A stretch of 62,163 nt of DNA, counting the filler. It is 12 parts of 12 records of this genome, joined end to end, with 100 filler letters (N's around TTAATTAATTAA, not from the genome) between each part and the next. Parts side by side here need not be neighbours in the genome. Positions count along the whole stretch, not along the records: positions 1 to 6,634 come from SRR9670534_1334; positions 6,735 to 15,089 come from SRR9670534_1340; 10 more parts are not named here. The stretch is one strand, 5' to 3'. The position numbers and the translations under genes are program-made. Shown here piece by piece: positions 1-15,189 of the stretch. Within the stretch, counting starts at the first letter, position 1. The number at the start of each line of letters is the position of its first letter. The notes beneath the pieces are model-generated. The model was given only the letters and a program-made list of their open reading frames with translations, was not told the DNA's origin and did not search any database.

Positions 1-646
1 GGCGTTTAATCGAATAAATACGGTACATACATATAAACAAAATGGTGATTCACTGGTGTTTACCACTATTGGCAACTAACTTTATATGAAAGATGATACA
101 TATCTATTGCAGCAGAAGTCTTATTAGGCCTTTTGTATAAATTATGATGATAACACAATTCGTAGTACATGTACTTATGTGGCATTAGTAATCAATGAAC
201 AAAATAGGTGCTTTGCGTTACGAAACCGTAAAACTGTAGTTTTTATTCATAAGCCTATGGGTTGACCATCAGCGGTTGATATCTATGACATATTACATAC
301 CAGCTATTGTTATTATGATTATTATGTCTAATTGTTCTTTTTATATATGTAATTGTAATGAAGGATAGGTCTTATCCATACTATTGATTCAATAGTTACT
401 TAGGTACTTGAAATGGGTAGTTAGAAAATGCTCATTATTGCTCTACCTTTTTATTGTTTTTACTGTAGGTATATGTAGTTAGTATATGCTATTTATTATT
501 AGGAATGAATCAAATCATTATTTGAATGGTAATACGTAACATTATTAGTAAATCATTATTGAAATACACTACATATGTTGCTCGTGAAATCGCAGTCCAA
601 TAATATTTTTAGTTTCTTATAATTTATGCTGTAAATTAAGAGAGAT

Positions 647-4716
<4,070 letters not shown>

Positions 4717-5944
4717 AGCGAAAAATGCGAAAAAAATGATCCACAATGGATTGGTTACTTATAAACATAGAATATTTTACTATTATTAATTAATTATGAT
4801 ATATATTTTTCAGTATGGGTCATTCGATACTATCGAATCGATAGCACTGATCGAATAGTTTGCATAATTTATCATTAATTTATAAATTTATAAAGACTAT
4901 TTTATTATTGTTATAGAAAAATTCTCAAGAATTTTCCACATTATATTTTTAATAATTATATATTGTATTATTTTTTAATCTTGTAAAAACTACATGTATT
5001 ACATTTATTATAAACTTACTGTACTTAATAATACCTTATTAAACAACACATTGAAATCTGCATATAAAGGACGTATTTGTTCTTTATGAACGAAATCCAT
5101 TGCACGGACATTTCTCCATTCCTTCCTCTTGGTGGATGAATAATCCATCTCATTCACTATTATGCTTTTATTTGTTTGTTGTTATTATTATTAATAAGTT
5201 CTTATTACAAAATAACAAAATATAATATGTTGTTTCTATGTTGTTTTACAGTGTCTTGATGATATTTATAACAACAAGATCATATTACACTTTTTTGAAT
5301 CGGATTTTAGACGCAAGTTCAACTGAAAATTTAAGCAGAAACTTACAAATTTAAATTTCAAAAAATTATAGTTTAAATGCGAATCTTTTAAATTATAACA
5401 TTTGTATCCGAAATTATAACTTACGTATATAAATTATGTAAGTATTCTATAAATTCCATAACTTTTGAATTAGAACACCAGTGTCTCAAACTCGTATCAA
5501 AAAGTTGTTAATTTTCAAAAACTTTTTAATTTTAGTACGTATAGGATAATGATGTAAATCTAATAGTTGATATATCATAATAAATGCAAAGATTATTATT
5601 GAAACAGCTTTTGACCTAGTTACTCAAACATTTGGTTTAGAGGTTTTCCTTGAAAAGGAGAGAGCTGAACTCTGTTTCATCGTCATTAGTTACTTGTATT
5701 TGCAAACCTCGAAAGTTAATAGAAAAATATTGCTTTTGTAATTCTAGCTAGTAAGGACATCAATTGCTCATCAAAACAGAAATTTAATTAATTCATACGT
5801 ATTTATTGCGCTGCCTGAGTTAGTTATCATTATCGTCGTCACAGCCATGATCGATGTTATTAGTAGGCCGTTGCAACAATGATACTTATACAACTTTAGA
5901 AATTATTAGTATTGATTCGATTTAGCTTTTATGTTTGTTTTAGG

Positions 5945-6634
5945 TATTGTGCCAATATTATGCCAATGGCTAGTGATTCAATGAGTTTAAGTGGACTTGA
6001 AGAGGCTAAATTGCTAAAGTCTGAAATGGCCATGCATAAAATAAGTGTAAGGCCAAGAAAATCAACGAAATCATTCAAAATATGTCGTAAACAGGTGATT
6101 TTTCATCTTTTTTTACCACGAATTTAATGTTCGTTTTAGCAGATGGAAAATGGTGCAAGCAAAGTCAAGGAAACCCGTGGCAATGAAAAGCCAACCATAA
6201 TAAAAATTTGTGCGAAGAATGCTAATGGAGTGGAAAGAAAGGCTAAATCCCATGAAACTGTTTGCTCTGGCTCTTTCCCAGCAGTTGATGTGAAGATGGG
6301 TAAAAAATCAATTCATAGCCAAAACAAAAGTGAACTCAATAATAAACATAATGAGGTGGTAAATTGGAAAGTTTTGGAAAAAGTTCCTTTACGATTAACA
6401 AGAGGATTATCAGTAGACGAATATGAAAAGTCGACAGACTTGGAAAGAACGTTCAAAAGAATTAGAAATAAAAGCTGTGCTACTGGGCTTGAAGGATTTC
6501 GTTGTAAGGATGATGCTAATTATTGTGGAATACGTTCACAAAAAGATGTCAGTAATCATACCGCCTCAAATGTGCGAAATCCAAGAACAACTGGCAACAA
6601 TATTTTCAATGTGGATTTAACTGATACAAGTATG
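5945..6634 (+). CDS. Partial gene with a DUF4592 (CRACD/KIAA1211)-like motif, truncated at the contig end
   Basis: Exon ~5945-6094 encodes LKSEMAMHKISVRPRK, resembling the LxxxAAxHKxxVxPK motif of DUF4592 proteins. A short intron follows, then open frame 6143-6634 running into the gap. Confidence 0.45.
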
Positions 6635-6734
6635 NNNNNNNNNNNNNNNNNNNNNNNNNNNNNNNNNNNNNNNNNNNNTTAATTAATTAANNNNNNNNNN
6701 NNNNNNNNNNNNNNNNNNNNNNNNNNNNNNNNNN
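6635..6734. other. Artificial contig spacer (first of 11)
   Basis: 44 N + TTAATTAATTAA (stops in all six frames) + 44 N. Identical copies start at 15090, 22127, 27823, 31130, 37015, 43730, 47867, 51473, 56176 and 58526. Confidence 0.98.
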
Positions 6735-7544
6735 TTGGATAGCCCTTTCATTGGGGATCATTTTAATGTATAACATTGTTATGTTAAGTTAATAAATAGA
6801 TGGTCAATATGGACCATTTTTCATAGGTAGGTTTTGTCCTCAACTGCAAACATGCAAACCTTGAGCCCATCAAAATTGATGCAGAAACTTTGGTAATATT
6901 CATGCATCCTGGAAAAAATGTCCAACTCACCTGAGCTCTTCTGCATAAAGCATACCCATTTTATTAACTAATTATTAGACACGAATTATTCATTGATTAC
7001 TTGAGAATTATTTATTAATTATTATCCTTTAATCAGCTCTTTTATTTTCAACATGCCAAAAATGAGTTTTGTTGTGTTGAACTATAAAAAGAGGAGAAAA
7101 AAGTTGATTTTGACCATTCTTGAGGTAAATACAGCTATGATTTTTAATAGTAATGTATCTCAAAGATATGATAAAGACTCTCTTATGTCTGTTTTAAACA
7201 GTAAAATCTTTTCTGAGAGTCAATTGATACTAAAGAATGCTGTACATATGGTTATTCTATTTTATGTACAAGCAACTTTTATATGTACCTGCTTTGTACA
7301 TAGGTACACAAATTTTTCAATGTAGTGTAGCTGTATACGTATGCTAGAAAATATGAGTGCTAACATGTATGCGCAGTACTTAAGTGTACTTTTGTCAAAA
7401 TATGTATTTTCTGCATTTTTGAGGGATTACTGTATAAGTATTAACGTGCATCCTATGGTATGCCATATTTTATCGTGCAGTATTGATGAAAGTTTGGTAG
7501 TGAATTATTTAGGTATGCAACGTAATTCAATATTCGATGTATGA

Positions 7545-10500
7545 ATGACATCACCTATGATACATGCTGAGTACTCCTATAATTTTGTTTTTTGTGATAC
7601 TGTAAAATCTATCATGAATGTTAATGTGAAATATGTAATTGAGAATTTGTGTACCTATGATGTAGGTATGTACCGTACATTTAGAGTCCAGTTTGTCAAT
7701 ACCAACAACTCTGTCATGACAACTGTGATCTACACTCAAGATGGATTACTAGCAAATGTATTCCACTATGTGAAGCATAATTTGAAACAAATTCTTGATG
7801 TGAAGAACATTGAAGATTCCATAACTCTAGATTCGAGATTAGATTTGTTAGTAACAAGGGTAAAGCCTATTTTCCTGATGTTTCTACAAAAATTGGGTGA
7901 TGTACAGGCATGTACAGAGCTACAAAATGAAATGAAGAGTGTAATCTGGAAGTACTACAGAGCTGGTGTCGCGGACACGACTACTGATGTTAAAGGGTTT
8001 ACAGATGGACAGACGATTTTTGATACCATAGATGTGAAAGAGGAAGATAGAAACTTTTTAAAAAGTTTGGATCATGCTGAATTACTGAAAATAAGAGCAG
8101 CGGCTGATACGAGAATTATTACGAAAATCGAGAAAAGTAGGGGTTTGGCCCTAGATGATGATGAAATTGAAAAATTAATGGAGTATGGCTACTACTACAT
8201 TATAAATCCGGATGTAACGTACACTCGTTATTTTAATAACAATGTACTCTTGTTTCAGAGATGGATTTTCCATGGTTTTGAAAATTATGAAGGATGGGAA
8301 TGGCCAACAAACTCCAGGTTCTGGATAAACTGGTCTGAATCTCAGAAGAACCTGTCTGAATTTTTGTATGTTAGTAAAAATCACGCTTTTTCGGTTATTT
8401 TCATAGGTAGACATCTGTTTATGTTTTTGTACCAACTTATTATTGCGTACAATAGGTACCAAAACTGGTTTACAATTACCTTTAGTCAAAATTCTTGCAT
8501 TTATGAGCAGAGTGCTGCCATTTCCAGTTTTGTTCTGTCTTTTTCTTGTATTGATAGTTGTGTAATAAAGATGAGTTTTCGATTTATGTACATTTGGTTA
8601 AGAGAAATTATTCATGAGACACCAGGCTTATCTTGGTATCCGATGGAATATAGAAATAATAGAATGTTGTTTATTGGCATGAAAGATAGCATTGACAAAC
8701 TGATGCAGCTCTCAGATAATGTTAATAAACAGGAAGAATACGAGATACAGAAGACTGAAATTATTTCTACTTTTGTAGCTGCTTTTAATGAACAATTAGG
8801 TATTAGTGGACAATGCTATATGATGAAAGATGCGGAAGAAATGGACAGACAATTCGAGAATGGTCTAGAGCAGAGTGGACTGGACGGACCGGAAATGCAG
8901 ATCTCAATTGAGAATGGCAACAAGAAAGCATATGTTGAAGCGAACATATGTGAGAATAAATTGAGGCTTTCTGTGGATATGGATAACCTTGAACCGAACA
9001 AGACTTTTAACCAAAAAGCAAGGTATGAGCTGTTAATTAATATGTATCCTTCAATAATGCCTATCTTTTATAAGATTGGTGGATGCTCAAAGCAATACGA
9101 TCATGGAGATTCAGCAAGAAATAACCATGAAGATTCCTATGGTTTGAACGAACTGAAAGAGTCAAATAGCTGGCGTCATAAACTAAAATTTTTCTGTTTT
9201 ACATATACTAAACCCATAGGGATACATTTATTCAACGGCTGTGATAATAGATGTTTATTGAAGGATAAAATAAAGAAAATGAAATTGTTTAACTATGAAA
9301 ACGCTGAAAGAGACTGTTTATCTTTAAGTAGTCTTGGTACATGCTTTGGTACAACTATTATAACAGATGTCGTACCTAAAAATGTGACGTCATGTGTCGT
9401 GAATTTTAAAAACTGGTCCTATATAGGTTTTAGGTGCAAAAATGGAGCATATAAACAGCTTTTCTCTTTAGAGAGATTTACTCCTCCCTCTAGCAGTCAA
9501 CAAAAGGTAATTTTCATTTGGTTTAGACTTTTTACTATCTCATATGACTCTTTTTCAGACATATTACCTTCATTTCCGAACATTTTTGTATTTCCAACGA
9601 TAAATCTGCATTTAAAGGTAAGTCATTCTTTATTTAATCAGTTTTTGAAAGTAGTTTTTAGAAATATGGATAATATCAATGATATTATAAATGAGGATGA
9701 GATCCTGAATGATGATGATGAGATTGATGCAGAAGAAAACATCGAAGCAGAAGAAGGTCAATTACAAGATGATCCTGATGAATTGGAAAATCAAGAAAAT
9801 GGTGCAGTCAATGAGAACCAAATTCCTCCTGGCTTAATGTTTCAACAAGGTTCTATTATTACTGCTGATTTGCTGATGCAATTTTTCATTGAAAATCAAG
9901 ACATCTTCCATGTTTTGATGGATGGTGCTGAGGTTCTGAATTCAGTGCAAATGTTGAATAATGCAAGAGGCCTACATTTATACAGTCTTCAAGATATTGT
10001 TGAGCTTTTTCAACGAGGTATGTGGTTTAACAATAAGACAATGGGTTATATTATAAATTGTATAGGTAACCTTTACGGTCGATTGAGACTTGAGCCAAGA
10101 AATGAAGTAAATATTCCTGCTTTGGTGGAACCAAACAATGATTCATTCTTTAAAGAAGTTGTTGAAGCTGCCTCTGCTGAGAAGCTTGTTGAAACGAAGA
10201 ACAGATTTTTAACACCATACATCAAATGTTTGGAAGATGGTACTATTGATCCGAAATACAAAGTAAAAGCTAGAAAATGGGATCAAGCTTTAGATGCCCA
10301 AGAAATGACGCCATTTGAAGCTTATTATAAAGATGAAACTGGCTGGAAGAGTGATGTTATGACCAGATTTAATGTTAAAGGTGCAGCCCAGTGTATTTTA
10401 ATTTCAGATGTGTGGTTTCACACACGAAAAACCACCACTTACATGGATAGTGATGAAATCAAAATGATGGCAATTGCAAGAGATTCCATGTGTTTCATGG

Positions 10501-10667
10501 CTATTGAGAAACTCTTTTTGAGTTTAACTGTTGAACAGTCTACTGTCAGATCAATTATCATTGTTGCTCCTGCGTCCATGAAGAGAGAGCCTGAAGAGAA
10601 CAGAGATGCTATAATCCAACGCCTTACCAGAGCTCTTGTGATGTTTTTCGTCAGCATATGCGTTTGA
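7545..10667 (+). CDS. Large ORF1-position protein of the retroelement (1040 aa, mostly unrecognised)
   Basis: A 1040-codon open frame in AT-rich DNA, co-oriented with and directly upstream of APE-RT. It contains an acidic tract from ~9666 and the start of an alpha/beta domain near the C-terminus. Confidence 0.7.
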   Translation: MTSPMIHAEYSYNFVFCDTVKSIMNVNVKYVIENLCTYDVGMYRTFRVQFVNTNNSVMTTVIYTQDGLLANVFHYVKHNLKQILDVKNIEDSITLDSRLDLLVTRVKPIFLMFLQKLGDVQACTELQNEMKSVIWKYYRAGVADTTTDVKGFTDGQTIFDTIDVKEEDRNFLKSLDHAELLKIRAAADTRIITKIEKSRGLALDDDEIEKLMEYGYYYIINPDVTYTRYFNNNVLLFQRWIFHGFENYEGWEWPTNSRFWINWSESQKNLSEFLYVSKNHAFSVIFIGRHLFMFLYQLIIAYNRYQNWFTITFSQNSCIYEQSAAISSFVLSFSCIDSCVIKMSFRFMYIWLREIIHETPGLSWYPMEYRNNRMLFIGMKDSIDKLMQLSDNVNKQEEYEIQKTEIISTFVAAFNEQLGISGQCYMMKDAEEMDRQFENGLEQSGLDGPEMQISIENGNKKAYVEANICENKLRLSVDMDNLEPNKTFNQKARYELLINMYPSIMPIFYKIGGCSKQYDHGDSARNNHEDSYGLNELKESNSWRHKLKFFCFTYTKPIGIHLFNGCDNRCLLKDKIKKMKLFNYENAERDCLSLSSLGTCFGTTIITDVVPKNVTSCVVNFKNWSYIGFRCKNGAYKQLFSLERFTPPSSSQQKVIFIWFRLFTISYDSFSDILPSFPNIFVFPTINLHLKVSHSLFNQFLKVVFRNMDNINDIINEDEILNDDDEIDAEENIEAEEGQLQDDPDELENQENGAVNENQIPPGLMFQQGSIITADLLMQFFIENQDIFHVLMDGAEVLNSVQMLNNARGLHLYSLQDIVELFQRGMWFNNKTMGYIINCIGNLYGRLRLEPRNEVNIPALVEPNNDSFFKEVVEAASAEKLVETKNRFLTPYIKCLEDGTIDPKYKVKARKWDQALDAQEMTPFEAYYKDETGWKSDVMTRFNVKGAAQCILISDVWFHTRKTTTYMDSDEIKMMAIARDSMCFMAIEKLFLSLTVEQSTVRSIIIVAPASMKREPEENRDAIIQRLTRALVMFFVSICV

Positions 10668-11320
10668 CGACATCTATTTGTGTTATATTGAATTGGGAAG
10701 TCACTATAGATGGCACCTTGAAGACAAAAATTGTTGAAGCTAATGAAATCTGGTTGGAAATAGCTAGATCGCCCTTCTTGAAAGATAAAATCCGTTGCAT
10801 ACGTTTAGATGCTGAAAAAATGGGCATTATTAGAGAAAGAGATTGGAACAAGACTGTCTTCTATGATGACAGAATGGTTAAGTTCCGATTTTATTGGAAC
10901 TGCCCAAACAATGGAGCCATGTTCAGAGACTTAACTGATTTGACCTGGCGTACTATAGCGAATTTGGCAGGCATTGCCAAAGATGGGCAGATGGATAGAT
11001 TTATTTATGGAAAAAGAGATCGTAAGTTTCTCGATAAAATACGAAATATACCTACTATATTATGTGCAAAATTTAGGTCGTGCACCCAAGAGAAGAAAGG
11101 GTCCTGCTGGGTTTTGAAAAACCTCCGAAACCTGTTTTCAACCAGATGTTTCATTTTTCTGTTACAATGTGGTTTTTGTAGTACAATAGGTTTGCTTAAT
11201 AGTTGTTTCTTTCTGTTCTTGAAATTTTATTGTACCTGTCTTAGTGGTAGTTTCAATGTAATGGTATTTGTGTTAAATAAAGTTGCAAGTAAGGATTACA
11301 TGAAAACTTGTCCAGCATAA
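10658..11320 (+). CDS. Probable frameshifted continuation of ORF1 (SGNH-like C-terminal half)
   Basis: Overlaps the end of the 1040-aa ORF, and its frame is open upstream (SCDVFRQHMRL). It is in the same frame as APE-RT. Confidence 0.55.
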   Translation: MRLTTSICVILNWEVTIDGTLKTKIVEANEIWLEIARSPFLKDKIRCIRLDAEKMGIIRERDWNKTVFYDDRMVKFRFYWNCPNNGAMFRDLTDLTWRTIANLAGIAKDGQMDRFIYGKRDRKFLDKIRNIPTILCAKFRSCTQEKKGSCWVLKNLRNLFSTRCFIFLLQCGFCSTIGLLNSCFFLFLKFYCTCLSGSFNVMVFVLNKVASKDYMKTCPA

Positions 11321-11323
11321 AAC

Positions 11324-14300
11324 ATGTCAAAAATAAGTATGACCATTCCTAGGAAAATATGGGATAAAGCTTCAAAACGTACATCAGTTATGGCTAATAC
11401 AAGCTTAAGTAAAAAAGATGGTGAAGATATAATAGCTAAGGTTAAGGTTAGAGATAATTGTAGAAAAATAATTAAATTAAATTTTTTCTATGTAAATATC
11501 AATAGCCTTAAGAATTGCATAGAAAAGTTTTTTGTGCCATGTCTAAACTATAATCACGTGATTAGTATAGCAGAGACACATTGGAATGACTTATTAGTAA
11601 ATGAGTCAAAATCACACTGGCATAGTTTTCTAAATCGTGAAGATGGGTATGGGGATACAATGTTCACTTCCAGAAAGAAACTAGGTATGCATAAATTAAT
11701 TTTGAATACTAATAATGAACTTTTGCAAATGAACACCACAGAAATAGATCGTCTTGTAGTAACAACCATTTACGCCAAAAGTGAATTGCATGAATCTGAT
11801 GTCCTACTTGCTTTTTAGGAACATTTGCACTTGGTAAGTGATATAAATAAGGTACATATTATAGTAGGGGATTTAAACGATTGTCACAAATTCCCAAAAA
11901 GACTCAGAAGCTCCCTAGATCTTTTAGATTCATTAGGCTATATAGATTACACTTTTGACAAAACAAGAGATAAGTCTCTGGGAATAGATTGGCTGTTCAT
12001 CAATAAAATTGATGATATAGTCATTGAAAATCTAGAATGTCTTCCAAGCATGTATAGTGACCATTATAGCTACAGTTTTCAATTTCAGATTACGGGAGAT
12101 TCAATCAGTAAAAAGAGTGATTGTTTACTTTGGAACAAAACAAAGATAAAAGATCTTGATGATGAATGGAAATATAACTACTATAAAAAAGTTCGCTTTC
12201 TAGCTGAGGAAAATAATACCTTAGATTGGGAGTCTTTTGAGATCAACTCTGATGTTGATTTCAACTACAATGTACTGAAGTGGGCTGTGAACAAATCTGT
12301 GTCAGATCTAGTTCAGGTTAAATGTGTTGATGATAATCAAATGGGATGGTGTCTTTAATTTGCCAAAGATGATTTGGTACGAGAATACAGAGTACACCAA
12401 AAACTATTACGTAAAAGACTTGGTGCAGCAACAAGAATTGATAATATTGAACTTCAACAAAATTTATGTAAAGATTTACAGGTATGTGCTGTTAAATTGT
12501 GGCAAAGAAAGAATTTTCTTAAATTCAATTATTTGTCACAGCTACGGAAAAATGAACCATTCAAATTCTATCATGTTGTTACTGATTTAGCATTATATAG
12601 TAAAAAGTCTAAACAAGTTGTCTCGGAATTACGACATGGGGATAAGAAAATCAAAAATTCGAATGAAATTGCCACTCTTTTCAATATTCATTTTTGTGAA
12701 ATAGTTCCCAAATTGCTAGAAAAACATTCTATGGTACAAGGTGAAATAGGTGATAGTATCTTGAAATGCCCTTTTACAGTTGAAAGACTTCCAGATATCA
12801 AGTGGTGTAATATCCTAAATAAATTTGCTGTTCGAAAAGCAGTGCCATCTGAGGAAATTCTGCGTAGGATATGGAAAAATTTTCTATCATGTAATAGTGC
12901 GTTTTTTACTAGGTTTTATGAGAAAATATTTATAAATTGTCAAATTTCTTGGGAATGGTCACAATTTGAAATATGTCCCCTTTTTAAAAAGAGAAATGCC
13001 ATGGATCCTAATAACTATCGACCGATAGCTATTATCGATCCATTGGCAATTATTTTTGAAGAAATTTTTCTCAATGAACTAAACTATCATAATGCACTTT
13101 GGGTGCACCCCAATCAATTTGCATATAGAAGCGGAGTGGGGTGTGTAGATGCCCTACTGCAGGTTCTATTGCAAATCTCTATGTGCAAGAAACAAAACAG
13201 AGTTCTGGGAATGGTTTTTTTGGATGCCATGAAGGCTTTTGATACGATAAATCCAGAAAAACTATTCGATATATTACAGATGCACAATGTTCCTAATTAT
13301 TTATTAGTACTACTAGGAAATTACCTAGGCAAAAGGCAAGCTAGGGTTAAAATAAACGATGTTAAATCTGAATATAGAGAATTGACATGTATGGCCCAAC
13401 AAGGTTCTAAGTTGGGTCCAAAATTCTTCACCATTTGTGTGAATGGTGTATGTGGTCTCTCGAAAAGTTGCAATGATTGCAAAACAAAATTTGTGGCATG
13501 TGACTGTGACAAATTGTCCCAATATTTGGATGACTGTATGGTGTTTAGTTCTGGGTCAACTATTGATCAGGTTATAGGAAAACTAGAAATTTTCATGGAA
13601 CAAGTTTGTAATGAATTGCGTAATCTGAATATAATTTTAAACATGAAAAAGACCGAATTTTTAATAAAGCTTCCAAAAGACCCTGTTCCAGCTCAAATAT
13701 GTCGTATTAAGATTGACAATGAATGGATTTTGAATAAGTCGAAAATTCGCTATCTTGGAGGATATTTTAGTTCTGATGAAATTAAGGTGGTTATACCAGA
13801 GGTAAATAAAAAACTTTTTAAGGCTATGACATGTATTAATAACAACAAGGAATTCCTTGTGCTGAAAGATATTAGTATATTATTCAAATCATATATTCTT
13901 TCAGTTTTTGGTAATGCTTGCCTAATGTGGACCCGCGCAGACATAAGAGAACTGACCATATTATTTAATCAGAAAATGAAGCAAACTCTCTGCCTTCTCC
14001 CCTTCATCTCTAATTTGGCCTGCCGCTGTCTATTGGAAGTGGAGAGCTTGGAAAAATGGCTGGTAAGGATAAAAGCTCGTTGGCTCCTGAAAGGAATTTT
14101 TTGGATGCATGACACAGCATTCTTTAATACCCTAAGAGAGATCCTTTCAACAAAAAGAACATGGGAAATTCCAATGATTATTGATGATAAAAGTCATCCA
14201 ATAGAAATGGCCAGAAAGTTAGCAAACAAAATTTTACACAGAATAGATGAATTTTCTGGATGGAGTGATCTTCTAGCATGTAATGACATGGACAAAGTAA

Positions 14301-14662
14301 CTACTGTTGGATCACAATTTTTGGATGATCTGAAAAGTTTAAAATCTGAAGAACTTCAGAATGATCTCTCTAAATTTAAAGCAGAAACTGGTGTTGATTT
14401 TAAATCGGCTAGATGGATATTCATGAATGTACCTAAATCAGCACGTCCATTTTTTTGGGACATACACAAAGGTGCCAAGCTGAATTGGCAAAAATTTGTT
14501 CAATCTTCTAATATAAAATTCAGAATCTGGAAAAGATCCTGGAAGAGAACGAAAGATTTTGACTGTATGAATGAAGTTGATGATGCTTCAGCAGTTGAAC
14601 ATGAAGACCTGATGAACAACAGAATGGATGATAGTCAACCAGAAGACAATGATGGATTTTAA
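11324..14662 (+). pseudogene. ORF2: apurinic-like endonuclease + reverse transcriptase with two in-frame stops (TAG 11816-11818, TAA 12356-12358)
   Basis: ORFs 11324, 11825 and 12374 share one frame. APE motifs: YVNINSL, IAETHW, IVGDLN, IDWLF, SDH. RT motifs: NYRPIAI, QFAYR, FLDAMKAFD, QGSKLGP, YLDD, KTEFL, IRYLG. Confidence 0.92.
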
Positions 14663-15015
14663 ACAATTGTCTGATCTGGCTTTAGTTAATTTTTATTTGT
14701 ATTATTTTTTACGTATTTACTACAGAGGCAGATATGTAATTATCGCAAATAAGACGGCTTTGTCACATTAGCAACATTACTGCTTTTCCATGAGTAATAT
14801 CCTTTTAGGATAGCGTCTCTGAATAATATTTGATATTATTAAAATATCATGTAAACTTCCAGTCACTTTGACTGTGTCCTAAAGACTTTACTTTTAGATA
14901 TTGTCTTTTATTCTTATGGATTATATGATACTGATGCGAATTATATTCGAGTTTATTTGTTCTTTTTGTTGATTTTTGTATTACTGCCATTTGTACGTAT
15001 TTTATATTAGTATAG

Positions 15016-15061
15016 TACACAGCTACAGGTGTATAATAAAGAGTAGTAGTAGTAGTAGTAG
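15016..15061 (+). repeat. LINE 3' terminus: short stem-loop, AATAAA and (TAG)7 tail
   Basis: TACAC (15016-20) pairs with GTGTA (15029-33); AATAAA at 15035-40; GAGTAGTAGTAGTAGTAGTAG at 15041-61. Confidence 0.7.
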
Positions 15062-15189
15062 GTTATAAAGTCACATAACATGGAAACAANNNNNNNNNNN
15101 NNNNNNNNNNNNNNNNNNNNNNNNNNNNNNNNNTTAATTAATTAANNNNNNNNNNNNNNNNNNNNNNNNNNNNNNNNNNNNNNNNNNNN

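Larger units (their letters stand above)
7053..15061 (+). mobile_element. APE-type non-LTR retrotransposon (CR1/L2-group-like), near full length, with several stops and one frameshift; 5' end undefined
   Basis: Long upstream ORF region, then APE and RT domains, a ~370-nt 3' UTR, AATAAA and a (TAG)n tail. No RNase H or C-terminal CCHC finger is visible. Confidence 0.9.

Noticed and set aside
4822-4860. ATCGAT-rich palindromic patch (similar one at ~39137-39172)
   Set aside because: Too short and degenerate to assign; probably a repeat remnant.
11318-12358. TAA/TAG reassignment (ciliate-type code) to explain in-frame stops in the retroelement
   Set aside because: Host genes end at TAA/TAG (CaMKI, RSPH4/6, MPDU1), the element also has a TGA and a frameshift, and 762- and 1040-codon stretches contain no TAR codons. 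Mutational decay is simpler.
12374-14662. RT as a retron, DGR, group II intron or telomerase
   Set aside because: The upstream APE domain, NYRPI motif and microsatellite tail identify a eukaryotic non-LTR element.
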